Of a stretch of DNA of 64,000 nt, positions 16,895-25,938 are shown one piece after another. The position numbers were made by a program, and so were the translations under genes. Within the stretch, counting starts at the first letter, position 1. Each line of letters starts with the position of its first letter. The notes beneath the pieces were generated by a model. The model saw only the letters and a list, made by a program, of their open reading frames with translations, made no database searches and was not told the DNA's origin. The DNA is taken from the IMG/VR virus record IMGVR_UViG_3300035698_035310, positions 248,001-312,000 of that record; one strand, 5' to 3'.

Positions 16895-17004
16895 TACACC
16901 CCCCACCCCCTTTTCTATGAAACACTTATTCATTCAATATAAAAAAAATTCTGCGCCAAAATTTTAATAAATAATATTAGGTTTTTAACATAGGAACATT
17001 TAAC

Positions 17005-17160
17005 ATGAAAACATTATCCGATAAACAACATGCTACCATTAAAGAGAACATGCGTGCTATTCCAAAAGCATCATATACAGACATTGATCGCACCGCAGTT
17101 CTTAAAGAAGAATATGCTGAATTTATAAAAAATATCAACGAAAGCGACAAACCAGAATAA
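17005..17160 (+). CDS. 51-aa hypothetical protein
   Basis: AGGA SD; downstream of an ATAAATA late-promoter-like motif. Confidence 0.6.
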   Translation: MKTLSDKQHATIKENMRAIPKASYTDIDRTAVLKEEYAEFIKNINESDKPE

Positions 17161-17163
17161 ACA

Positions 17164-17595
17164 ATGAGAGCATCCGACTTCATCGCTGAAACACTTATAT
17201 CTGTTTCGCACGGAACCAATACCGATTTTGATCAATTAGATGTGGCAAAAACATCCGATGGTGGAATTCACTTTGGTTCCAATCAACAAGCAGCGTTACG
17301 ATCAACTGGAAAAAATTCGCGCATCATCGATACACAAATTGATGTTAGAAAACCAAAACGTTGCAAAGACGATGGATCAGGATGGAAAAACAAAATAAAA
17401 TCCGCCAAACGTTCTGGATATGACAGTATTGTATATTTGAACCGTTATGAAAATATGACCACTGAACGAGTAGAACAGTTATCACAATCCGGCAAACTAG
17501 ATACTTTGGATTCATTATCCGATGCCGCATTCAAAAAATTAGTTCCTGAAGCACAAGACAGTTATATTGTGTTCGACAACGATCAAATAAAATAG
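17164..17595 (+). CDS. ART-PolyVal-like (ADP-ribosyltransferase fold) protein
   Basis: HGT...F, GIHFG...A, GYDSIVY.N..E, SYIVFD..QIK. Confidence 0.6.
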   Translation: MRASDFIAETLISVSHGTNTDFDQLDVAKTSDGGIHFGSNQQAALRSTGKNSRIIDTQIDVRKPKRCKDDGSGWKNKIKSAKRSGYDSIVYLNRYENMTTERVEQLSQSGKLDTLDSLSDAAFKKLVPEAQDSYIVFDNDQIK

Positions 17596-17605
17596 GACAC
17601 TTATC

Positions 17606-17992
17606 ATGAGAGCATCCGAAATCACAGAAACAACAACGTCTTTAAAATGGGCAACCCGCAACCCATCACCAAAAGATTATGAAATAGTTATGATCGACAT
17701 TAAAGCACTTATGGATAATACCAATCGCATACAAAAAATTTCATTATCTGCTGTAACCAAAGCAGACGATGAAAACATTATAGGTGATCGCGTTTCAAGA
17801 GCAAAACAATTTTGGCTAGATGGTGGCGAAATGCGACTATCAATGGTTGGATACAGTGATTATTCCAAGATGGTAGACTTCACCGACGGTAGACACCGCC
17901 TAATAGCCGCGTATCAACTTGGTGAACGCCATGCACCCGTATTGGCAGACAAGGACGGCATAGAAGAATTTAAAGCGCTGGTAGGGGCTTAA
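17606..17992 (+). CDS. ParB/Srx-like N-terminal domain protein
   Basis: DGRHRL.AA..LG....PV. Confidence 0.6.
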   Translation: MRASEITETTTSLKWATRNPSPKDYEIVMIDIKALMDNTNRIQKISLSAVTKADDENIIGDRVSRAKQFWLDGGEMRLSMVGYSDYSKMVDFTDGRHRLIAAYQLGERHAPVLADKDGIEEFKALVGA

Positions 17993-18067
17993 AACCCATC
18001 ACCCCCAAACTATATTGACACCGTAAAACCACAATGATATACTTATTCTTTAATAAAAGGAAATAAT

Positions 18068-18178
18068 ATGATAAAAGGCAATGACGACAATTTCAGTAGC
18101 GATACAGGCAATACCATCGAATGGGGTTTGATCGTTATTTTACTATTAGGATTTCTTATAATTCCCCTGTTCGGGTAA
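18068..18178 (+). CDS. 36-aa membrane peptide
   Basis: Promoter, AAGGA SD, hydrophobic C-terminus. Confidence 0.55.
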   Translation: MIKGNDDNFSSDTGNTIEWGLIVILLLGFLIIPLFG

Positions 18179-18274
18179 TTAATCATTTGTTAGATTATAC
18201 CAGTAACGACATATTTGGAATACTTATTGTTATTGTGTGTATAGTCCTTATTATATTTGGCCCCATATATATTT

Positions 18275-18505
18275 TTATGTAGTACCCACAATATTTACAT
18301 TATGCTGCGTGCTAGGAAAATTCAATAGATCATATTGTGTTATATTATGATTAGCAAATGACATATCATGTGGAAATTTTATTGTTGTATACATTATTGA
18401 TCCATTAATATTTGCTGTTATATCATGATACCGTTCACGCGATGGTGATTTATCAATGTTTATTACTGTAAACATCAAAATATTGTTAGTATCGCAGCAG
18501 TGCAT
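18275..18505 (-). CDS. small paralog family A member
   Basis: C-terminal ITQYDLL...ST..NVNI motif; start uncertain. Confidence 0.5.
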   Translation of the reverse strand: MHCCDTNNILMFTVINIDKSPSRERYHDITANINGSIMYTTIKFPHDMSFANHNITQYDLLNFPSTQHNVNIVGTT

Positions 18506-18539
18506 ATTAACAATACGGCTAATATATCATCATTAAACC

Positions 18540-18764
18540 TCACGATATAGTTACATTATTAACTGTGCCATAATACATCAATAATGATTGTTGTGTTATG
18601 CTATTATCATTGATAAATTCATTTAACGGATAAGCCAACGCTACTCGCATAGCCCTCATTTTACCGTCAACAAATGCTTTTTCCACAAAGTCATATTTAA
18701 TTTCATATTTATGATGTAGTTTAGGTTTAGTTTTTGTTTTCGTAATATCTATTATGTTTATCAT
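18540..18764 (-). CDS. small paralog family A member
   Basis: C-terminal ITQQSLL...GT.NNVTI. Confidence 0.55.
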   Translation of the reverse strand: MINIIDITKTKTKPKLHHKYEIKYDFVEKAFVDGKMRAMRVALAYPLNEFINDNSITQQSLLMYYGTVNNVTIS

Positions 18765-18949
18765 TTTAATTCACTTATTTCCACACGTTTTTTTGTACTG
18801 ATTATTGACAGTAAATCACGTTGTGATAATGTCATATTATGAACAATGGATACTACGCTATATTTCATAGTCACATCCATAATTATACCATCCTTCCAAT
18901 ATACAATATAATGCATACGATTGAAAACAATATCTGTTCCATTTCTCAT
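18761..18949 (-). CDS. small paralog family A member
   Basis: C-terminal LSQRDLL...ST.KRVEI. Confidence 0.55.
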   Translation of the reverse strand: MRNGTDIVFNRMHYIVYWKDGIIMDVTMKYSVVSIVHNMTLSQRDLLSIISTKKRVEISELK

Positions 18950-19139
18950 TTATTGGTTGCCCCCAAACAGTATTGCATTATGGTTACATTATTTTTAGTA
19001 TCGTATAACGGTAGGAGATCACATTCATAATATCATAATGCAAAAAGCAAAGAATACGTTGACTACCACCAATGATTCAGTATCCATTATACGACAGCCA
19101 ATATTATAAAAATCATAAAAATCCAATCATCATCATCCA

Positions 19140-19349
19140 TTATTCAAATCCTTTTATTACGGTACAAGTCATTTTGTTACCTGGGTATCGTTCAGTATCC
19201 CACGATTCTTCTGGTTGGGAGAATGTATATTCACCGTGATTAACGCAGTCATCATAAATGGATGACGTTGTCATTGTATAAGTGAGCGAAAATGTAAGTA
19301 CTGCTACGCAAGCAAGCAAACATCATAGTAACTTTGTATCATTATTCAT
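19140..19349 (-). pseudogene. paralog family B member with in-frame TGA at codon 9
   Basis: MNNDTKLL*CLLACVAV...IYDDCVNHGEYTF...MTCTVI; TGA at 19325-19323. Confidence 0.55.
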
Positions 19350-19548
19350 TTTCAATTACCTTACATCTAATTGTTTTACCGAAATATTGGTGTGATGAGT
19401 ATGCTGTATCAAATGTTGAGAATTTGTATGTCCCGTTGGTATTGCAATGGTTATATATGGTACCAATTGTGCTATAATAAGTGATACTCACCGTGGTAAG
19501 TCCTAATATTAATATTATCACACTTATAGCAATTGTATTAAAGATCAT
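19342..19548 (-). CDS. small membrane protein, paralog family B
   Basis: TM + IY..C...G.Y.F...I.C.VI. Confidence 0.65.
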   Translation of the reverse strand: MIFNTIAISVIILILGLTTVSITYYSTIGTIYNHCNTNGTYKFSTFDTAYSSHQYFGKTIRCKVIENE

Positions 19549-19739
19549 TTATCGATACTCCTTATTTGGCAATCCATTATTCTATCATCGAAAGGACGTG
19601 TGTCAATAGCATTACGTGAAATGAATTCATGATTGCCATATGTTGCACAATTTTCAAACACAGCGGTCAATGCGACTGAATAGGAAACATATGATGTAAT
19701 CAAAATTGTAACGATTGCTGGTAGCACCATATCTCTCAT
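19545..19739 (-). CDS. small membrane protein, paralog family B
   Basis: TM + VF..C...G.H.F...M.C.I. Confidence 0.65.
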   Translation of the reverse strand: MRDMVLPAIVTILITSYVSYSVALTAVFENCATYGNHEFISRNAIDTRPFDDRIMDCQIRSIDK

Positions 19740-20308
19740 TGTTTTTTCTCCTTTTCGAATTGTTTGACTTCATCAAGAAATTTTCTAATATCTTTATTTC
19801 CACCACCGAATATACCAAGCTCTATCATTTCTTGTCGTTTTCTAAGGTAATCAAAATCACAATTACCATCATATAATCCAGAACCGGTTTGCATAGACCA
19901 AAACCGATACATCATGGCTCTTGATGTGTAATGTGGTCCATGGTGGTATGATTGTTTTTCAACATCCCAACTACAATCATCTATTAGTTTAAATGCTAAC
20001 TGCACGTATGCGATAGCAGGGTCTGATAGCCAATCTCTTACATTGGTATCGAAGTAACCGGGATCACGGTTCCATTCACGGTCAGCCATTTCGGTAGCCC
20101 TACGTATTTCTTTTAGGTAGTCGGGTGGTATGGCATATTTAAGTTGTGTTATCATATCGAGGTATGGTTTAGGGAGCGCTGTTTTACCATTTTGCAATTT
20201 GTCATTATTCGACCAAGCTAAGTGATATATGACTACATCATCGGTTTTTTGGGCACCATCGATCAAAGTAGGAAAGACGAGATTAATATCTTTGGTATTA
20301 AACAGCAT
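19736..20308 (-). CDS. hypothetical protein
   Basis: Start reassigned to the ATG overlapping the upstream gene end. Confidence 0.65.
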   Translation of the reverse strand: MLFNTKDINLVFPTLIDGAQKTDDVVIYHLAWSNNDKLQNGKTALPKPYLDMITQLKYAIPPDYLKEIRRATEMADREWNRDPGYFDTNVRDWLSDPAIAYVQLAFKLIDDCSWDVEKQSYHHGPHYTSRAMMYRFWSMQTGSGLYDGNCDFDYLRKRQEMIELGIFGGGNKDIRKFLDEVKQFEKEKKQ

Positions 20309-20483
20309 CTTTGATATCGATATCATTTTCAAAATATTTAACTGAGGACATAACGACAACTTGATTATATGATTCACGTTTCATTATTAATTCGTCGCGA
20401 TTATGGCTGATATAAGTGCCACTTAGGTATGATCTGCTATTTGTTTCTCTAAAGTACACTTTTATTTTATCACCGTTTTTCAT
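20298..20483 (-). CDS. putative Sm/Hfq-like fold protein
   Basis: IKVYF......LSG...S.....LIMK.....QVV....V pattern. Confidence 0.4.
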   Translation of the reverse strand: MKNGDKIKVYFRETNSRSYLSGTYISHNRDELIMKRESYNQVVVMSSVKYFENDIDIKDAV

Positions 20484-20710
20484 TATATTTCCTCTATGAG
20501 TAATATTTTATCTAGTGGGATGAATGCTCGAAGGGGTTGATCATTTACACCAACGATATTGTTTATATCACGATGTATGATAAGACTATCTTCAGAATAT
20601 GAATAAAATTCACCTATTGTAGTTGATTTATCGGTACTGTAACGGACATCGATAAACACTTTTATTCTAGTGCCTACCATTAATTGTCTTAATGTATGAG
20701 TGTCGATCAT
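20483..20710 (-). CDS. putative Sm/LSm-like fold protein
   Basis: L.VG.RIKV...IGEFYSY....LII...FIP...I..IE pattern; AGGAG SD. Confidence 0.4.
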   Translation of the reverse strand: MIDTHTLRQLMVGTRIKVFIDVRYSTDKSTTIGEFYSYSEDSLIIHRDINNIVGVNDQPLRAFIPLDKILLIEEI

Positions 20711-21167
20711 TTATATCTCCTATGTTTTTTATAGTATATAGGATAATTGATCATTGTCAAGGGAATAGTGGATTACGGTTTTGGGCGGACTGATTTTACA
20801 TTGTGGGGAAATTATGGTTCACTTATCGGGTTTATAAGTGAAAAGGTTTCCACAGTAGAAGCATGCGGTTACGTTTCTTTTATGAAGGGGGATTGTATAG
20901 TATACGATGGGGTGATTATGCGGGGGATTTGGTCCTGCGCACTTAACATTTGGTGTATTTGTGTAGATTATTTTGGGATTATGTGTCATAAGTGTATTTA
21001 TTATGGGGTATTATGGGGTATAAGCGCTCAAAAAATTTGCTTAAAGCCTACGGCTTTTTATGATTTCGTTGTTTAATTGTTGAAGGGCGGCGGCGTAAAA
21101 CACCGATTGTTACTGTTGATCTATTGTGTCATTACTAAATAACATCGTATTTAACAGGAGAAGTAGT

Positions 21168-21383
21168 ATGAATAACAAATTAGGATTGATGGTATTTTAT
21201 ATACATGTTGGAACGTTACCAATGCATAGATCGATGTCATATATAGAGTCGATAAAAAAACAAATAATGGATGGTAAGAAAGAAACGCAGTTAACAAGGA
21301 ATTATGATACCATGTTTATTCCGTCGTCTGATCCAGATAATCGAGATACTGTAATAGAGATGTTTCCATACGAGAATGTATAA
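21168..21383 (+). CDS. hypothetical phage protein
   Basis: VFYI.VG.LP.....YI..IK motif; AGGAG SD; CTAAATA upstream. Confidence 0.65.
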   Translation: MNNKLGLMVFYIHVGTLPMHRSMSYIESIKKQIMDGKKETQLTRNYDTMFIPSSDPDNRDTVIEMFPYENV

Positions 21384-21435
21384 ATATATATATAATAATA
21401 AATAACATTAGACTTTACTTATCGGAGATATAACA

Positions 21436-22197
21436 ATGTCACAGAATGCAACAAACATGCGAAAATTAATGGAAAGCGTTAATCCAGTGCAACATATGGA
21501 AATGAGCGATATTCCTGTTGATAACATGGGCGCAATTGATAACAATGGCGACATGGACGCACAAGTAGGCGGCGACATGGCTCCTGATATGGGAATGGAC
21601 GCTGCTCCTGAAGCACCAGCACCAGATATGGGCATGGAAATGCCTGATATGGGAATGGATATGGCAGCACCTGAAGGCGCAAGCAGTGACATCATTGATG
21701 CACTTGACGGCGAATTCAAGCGTTTGACAACTGAATTCTTGCAAACCGGTGGTGAACTGGATGAAGCGGGACTTGGTGATGTTCGTGAAAAACTAGGTAA
21801 GCATATGACAAGTATTCTTGATGTATTGCATTCTGGTTGGATGGATAACATGATGGATCAAGGCGCTAACGAAGAAGCACCATCTTTTGGTGGTGATTCT
21901 GACGGCGACGCACCTGATTTCAGTGGTGGCGATAGTGATGATTCCGATGATTCTTCTTCAGATGACGACTCTGGTGATTCCGATGATAAAGCACCTAACT
22001 TTGGTGGTGATGATTCTGATGATTCCGGCGACGATGAAGAAAAAGATTCTGATGACTCTGATGATGATAAATCTGATGACGACGATGGTGACAAAGAAGA
22101 TAAAGAAGTTGACGAAAGCGAAAATCCTCTTAAGAATGCACACATCAATGAATCAACAAAAATGCGCAATTTACAAAATATCATACTAAACGGTTAA
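21436..22197 (+). CDS. very acidic low-complexity protein (scaffold/internal-head-like)
   Basis: PDMGM repeats, D/S-rich tract, MRKLMES motif; TATAAATA late promoter at ~21379; terminator 22224-22253. Confidence 0.75.
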   Translation: MSQNATNMRKLMESVNPVQHMEMSDIPVDNMGAIDNNGDMDAQVGGDMAPDMGMDAAPEAPAPDMGMEMPDMGMDMAAPEGASSDIIDALDGEFKRLTTEFLQTGGELDEAGLGDVREKLGKHMTSILDVLHSGWMDNMMDQGANEEAPSFGGDSDGDAPDFSGGDSDDSDDSSSDDDSGDSDDKAPNFGGDDSDDSGDDEEKDSDDSDDDKSDDDDGDKEDKEVDESENPLKNAHINESTKMRNLQNIILNG

Positions 22198-22271
22198 TAC
22201 ACTATGATTAAAGAATTATAGAAACCCTACCATTAATTTGGTGGGGTTTTTTTTAATTACTAAATAAATCC

Positions 22272-22580
22272 ATGCTTTCAAAGAATGATATCAAACATCA
22301 CATAGCGTTAAATGAAATGGGAATGTATTCTACATTAGAACATGTAGCTCCTGGAGCACTTAGTTTTATTGATTCTGTGATAATGATGATGAACTCACAG
22401 GGTTGGTATGACTTAGCGTGGTGTCTATCAGAAGATGTTAAGCGTGGGGTTTATCCACCGCGCAAAGATTCGATACATCGCACCCTAACTTATAAGTATC
22501 TCAAAATCAATAAACCTTTATCTAATATGGATAAAATGATATTGACTTTAAAGAATCTATATAATACAATATCACGATAA
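22272..22580 (+). CDS. hypothetical protein
   Basis: ORF after CTAAATA. Confidence 0.55.
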   Translation: MLSKNDIKHHIALNEMGMYSTLEHVAPGALSFIDSVIMMMNSQGWYDLAWCLSEDVKRGVYPPRKDSIHRTLTYKYLKINKPLSNMDKMILTLKNLYNTISR

Positions 22581-22593
22581 TAAAGGAGTTAAT

Positions 22594-22974
22594 ATGTTTG
22601 AAGAAGATAAACCAACTGCATGTATAATTGGTAGATTTAGTCCATGGAATGATGGTCATACTAAACTTATCCAAACCACAATAAAATATTGTGATCCTAC
22701 ATATAAGAATAAAAAATCAGAAGCAGAACAATTGCTTGTTTTGGTTCGTGATACTGGACAGGATATAAGTGGCATAGAAAACAAAATATCCAGTTTAATT
22801 GATAATGATTTTAAAGTAGTTAAGATACCCAATATAACAGATATGTTTTTTGGTAAACAATTAACTGTTGATATGCATAGAATAGACATTGGTGATGAAG
22901 AACCGGTGAATTTACAGAAAACGTCTGCTGAAGAGGGTGCCTTTCAAAAGGATTTTTTTAAAAACAGAGGTTAA
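22594..22974 (+). CDS. cytidyltransferase-like (HIGH superfamily) short protein
   Basis: IGRFSPWNDGH..L and VRDT motifs. Confidence 0.6.
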   Translation: MFEEDKPTACIIGRFSPWNDGHTKLIQTTIKYCDPTYKNKKSEAEQLLVLVRDTGQDISGIENKISSLIDNDFKVVKIPNITDMFFGKQLTVDMHRIDIGDEEPVNLQKTSAEEGAFQKDFFKNRG

Positions 22975-22992
22975 CAACAAAAGAGATATATT

Positions 22993-23376
22993 ATGAAAAA
23001 ATTATTATTAGCGGCAACACTTATGGTATTGCCATTTACTGCGATGGCAGAAGAACAAACAGTTGGAATGTCTGCTACATTTATGTGTAGAGTGGCATCA
23101 ACAGTAGACGCGCATTTAACTAGATTGGGTTATACCAAAGGTGTTGAACTTGATGGATTAAATATGGGAACCATTATTATATGGTACGGAACAGAAAACG
23201 GCATCAAATCTTGGATGCTTACTGCGAATACACCCAATGGTTTAACTTGCAAATTAGATAATGGTTATGTTGATCTCAAAAACCCAACCGAAACTACTCC
23301 TGAATCGTCAAAACCAAAACTGGATGAAGAATCATTAAAGAAAATGATGGACAACGCGAAAAAAGACTCACTTTAA
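22993..23376 (+). CDS. exported hypothetical protein
   Basis: Signal peptide MKKLLLAA...AMA. Confidence 0.65.
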   Translation: MKKLLLAATLMVLPFTAMAEEQTVGMSATFMCRVASTVDAHLTRLGYTKGVELDGLNMGTIIIWYGTENGIKSWMLTANTPNGLTCKLDNGYVDLKNPTETTPESSKPKLDEESLKKMMDNAKKDSL

Positions 23377-24047
23377 CATTTGATTATATAAATATAATTT
23401 GGAAAATTGACCGACTTCAATCTCCTTCTTACAGTTTCTTCGCCGAGTTTTAATATTTTTGCCGACTCGATGACTGATGAATATATAACGTCGTCTATTT
23501 TAACAGATTTTTTGCGATGATTATTTTCTGGATGTTTTCCATATAACGGATGTTTATCACCGATTTTTCCATACATGCCATTTTTTTCACCAGAATTTTT
23601 TTCACTTATTTTTTGTTTAGTTTCATCTGTTCTTGGCACACCGAATAATGGATTATTTTTTCCAGTTCTGCCCCACATTGGATTATTTTTTCCTTTCATT
23701 TTCTCTGCAAATTTAGGTCTTTTAACACCTGTTCTGTTGGGTGGTCTTCTATCAACGCAAATATTAGTAAGTATGCCATTTTTGTCATAACCATTTCGAC
23801 CAAGTTTTTTAATCCACGTTTTTTCTAAATCATATGCATCCTTTTCTGGCATATTTTTTTCTATGAATTTAACACCAGGTTCTAATCCTTCTTTTCGTAT
23901 CGCATTTATTTTATTCCATTTTTGTATATTTTCTGTTGTGTGTATAGTTTCCGTCAGATGTCTCTTCCATCGGTCTTTTGATCCTTTTCCTATATAAAAT
24001 TCTATATTATCATGTCTTGGGTCTAGCAATGCGTATACGTAATACAT
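23373..24047 (-). CDS. GIY-YIG (LEM-3-like) homing endonuclease with NUMOD3 repeats
   Basis: YYVYAL.DPR...FYIGKG...R..H, LTN, G.NNPMWG / ETKQKISE repeats. Confidence 0.85.
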   Translation of the reverse strand: MYYVYALLDPRHDNIEFYIGKGSKDRWKRHLTETIHTTENIQKWNKINAIRKEGLEPGVKFIEKNMPEKDAYDLEKTWIKKLGRNGYDKNGILTNICVDRRPPNRTGVKRPKFAEKMKGKNNPMWGRTGKNNPLFGVPRTDETKQKISEKNSGEKNGMYGKIGDKHPLYGKHPENNHRKKSVKIDDVIYSSVIESAKILKLGEETVRRRLKSVNFPNYIYIIKC

Positions 24048-24128
24048 GTATATCCTTATTCGTTATATGTTTTATCCCATCATATATTTATAATAAATAT
24101 TAATAATGTATAAAATAAGGAATATATC

Positions 24129-24482
24129 ATGACTGAAAAAATTATAAACGAGCATCCATTTAAAAAATATTGGCGTCCAGCAGCGGCTACGGTATATTTA
24201 ATAATATGCATATTCGATTTTATAATAATGCCATCAATAATAGAAATTTCTAACACTAAAATAACAAATCAGCAAGCAATAACGCTGGCGTTAAAATTTA
24301 ATGATTCAGCATCACAAATGCAATCATTGAGTGTGTTTATGGAAAAGCGAACATGGAACCCATTAACCCTTCTGGGTAGTGGGTTTTTTCACCTTAGTTT
24401 TGGTGCGTTGTTAACAGGTTCGGCTATCACACGTGGCTTAGAGAAGAAGCAGCACGCTAGCAATGGCAAAGTTATGAAATAA
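24129..24482 (+). CDS. holin-like (3TM holin family) protein
   Basis: WRPA...Y..IC.FDFI..P and W.PLTL.G.G.FHL.FGA.L. Confidence 0.6.
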   Translation: MTEKIINEHPFKKYWRPAAATVYLIICIFDFIIMPSIIEISNTKITNQQAITLALKFNDSASQMQSLSVFMEKRTWNPLTLLGSGFFHLSFGALLTGSAITRGLEKKQHASNGKVMK

Positions 24483-24960
24483 TAAGTTCTACGCTTACAA
24501 AACCTTCTGATTTTGTAGGTCGTTCGTATGTTTCTATCATTTGGTTAACTATCTTGTCGCTAACACTTTTACCAGTTTCGTTCTGGCGCTTTTCAAGGCG
24601 GCGGAACAATTCGTCATAATCCAATTCGAATGCAACTGCCTTATGAACATACTTAGGGGTTTGCAACATCTTCTTACGACGAATTTTAATCGAAAGGTTA
24701 GTTTGATCCCAAATGATGTGTTTTTTTTTGTTGACAGCCTCGCGCAGAGCGATGTTGAACTTAGTCTTAGTTTTGAACGGCAACTTGTAGAATGCTTCAG
24801 AGTAGGTGATACCTTGCTCCGCAGCATACTTTTCAATGAAGACGTCGGTGCTAATAACGGTCCAATCGTTTGAATCGTTTTCCATGAACTGCTTAATCCA
24901 AGTTGATTTACCGGAACCTGGTGGTCCGATTAACATCATAATTGTTGGTTTGTGTAACAT
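24472..24960 (-). CDS. P-loop polynucleotide-kinase-like protein (AAA_33)
   Basis: GPPGSGKST, ISTD, WDQTNL...R, P...EGF. Confidence 0.85.
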   Translation of the reverse strand: MLHKPTIMMLIGPPGSGKSTWIKQFMENDSNDWTVISTDVFIEKYAAEQGITYSEAFYKLPFKTKTKFNIALREAVNKKKHIIWDQTNLSIKIRRKKMLQTPKYVHKAVAFELDYDELFRRLEKRQNETGKSVSDKIVNQMIETYERPTKSEGFVSVELIIS

Positions 24961-24971
24961 AATATTATTCC

Positions 24972-25376
24972 TTAGTGTTTATTTCTTTTCTTTCCAAGAT
25001 TAATAACGTCAATACCTTCGTTATGTAAATCATATTGTTCGTGTGCTGTTGCGGTTCCATGTATGCCGCGCTCTTCTTTGTCGCCATAATGGATAGCACG
25101 CACTTCGTCAGCAAATCTTTCTCCTACATCTTCGCAGTTTTTTTCAACCCACTCTAATGCTTGTTGTTCATTATCTGATGACTTAGCATAATCTGATTTA
25201 GGGCGCGAACCTTTTTTCGAAATATTAGGAGCCATCAATGCTTTGCTGGTGTGTGTATCACCGCATACAGGGCATTCAATCGCCTTGGTTCCAAGCAGTT
25301 CATCGCATTTTGCGGAACTTACGAACCAAGACTCGAACACGTGTTCATTTTTGCACTTAATATTATATTTTATCAT
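24972..25376 (-). CDS. DUF1178 family protein
   Basis: MIKY...C...H.FESWF, CPVCG, KALMAPN, VG.RFA.E.R.IHYG. Confidence 0.85.
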   Translation of the reverse strand: MIKYNIKCKNEHVFESWFVSSAKCDELLGTKAIECPVCGDTHTSKALMAPNISKKGSRPKSDYAKSSDNEQQALEWVEKNCEDVGERFADEVRAIHYGDKEERGIHGTATAHEQYDLHNEGIDVINLGKKRNKH

Positions 25377-25456
25377 GTTGTTATTATATATGGTTTGTGC
25401 AATATGTCAAGATGTTTATTATTGACTTATGGACGGTGTTTTTATATAATGATATT

Positions 25457-25684
25457 ATGAGATATTTACATGTAGAAGCACATAGTGGTCGTCCATATTG
25501 GATTGTGATTGAAGAAAAAAACAAAGATAATCATTGGGGTCAAATGTTGAATATAGGAATGAGTGTTTGGTTGTGTGAAAATATATCAACATCGGGCGAT
25601 GATTGGTGTTTTTTAGACACTAACAATGCAGTTAGTTTTTTAAATCTTGATGATGCGATGGCATTCATTTTGCGATGGGCATAA
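25457..25684 (+). CDS. hypothetical protein, F...DA..F.L.W family; possibly leaderless
   Basis: ATG starts 7 nt after TATAAT of TTGACT-N17-TATAAT. Confidence 0.6.
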   Translation: MRYLHVEAHSGRPYWIVIEEKNKDNHWGQMLNIGMSVWLCENISTSGDDWCFLDTNNAVSFLNLDDAMAFILRWA

Positions 25685-25938
25685 ATATAGATATGATAAC
25701 TGTTAAATTATGCGATCACGGAATAAATGTTACCATGCATCAAGATGCCGAATTTATTGAAACTGAAAAGGGTATATGGTTAGAGGATAATAACATCGAT
25801 TATCGCATTTGTTCTATTGTTAATATCTTGGCTATGAATATAGACGGTAAGACAATTGATGCGATATCTATTGAAAATATGTCATTTTTTAGCGAAGAAG
25901 ACTTTATGGCATTTAAATTGCGATGGAGCAATCAATAA
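25675..25938 (+). CDS. hypothetical protein, F...D...FKLRW family
   Basis: C-terminal FSEEDFMAFKLRW. Confidence 0.6.
   Translation: MGINIDMITVKLCDHGINVTMHQDAEFIETEKGIWLEDNNIDYRICSIVNILAMNIDGKTIDAISIENMSFFSEEDFMAFKLRWSNQ

Noticed and set aside
20747-21076. 109-aa track ORF as a real gene
   Set aside because: Its TTG start lies inside the opposite-strand promoter, it has no SD, and its composition mirrors the G/T skew.
21408-22189. Several overlapping ORFs across the acidic protein gene
   Set aside because: These are shadow frames produced by low-complexity GAT/GAC/ATG repeats.
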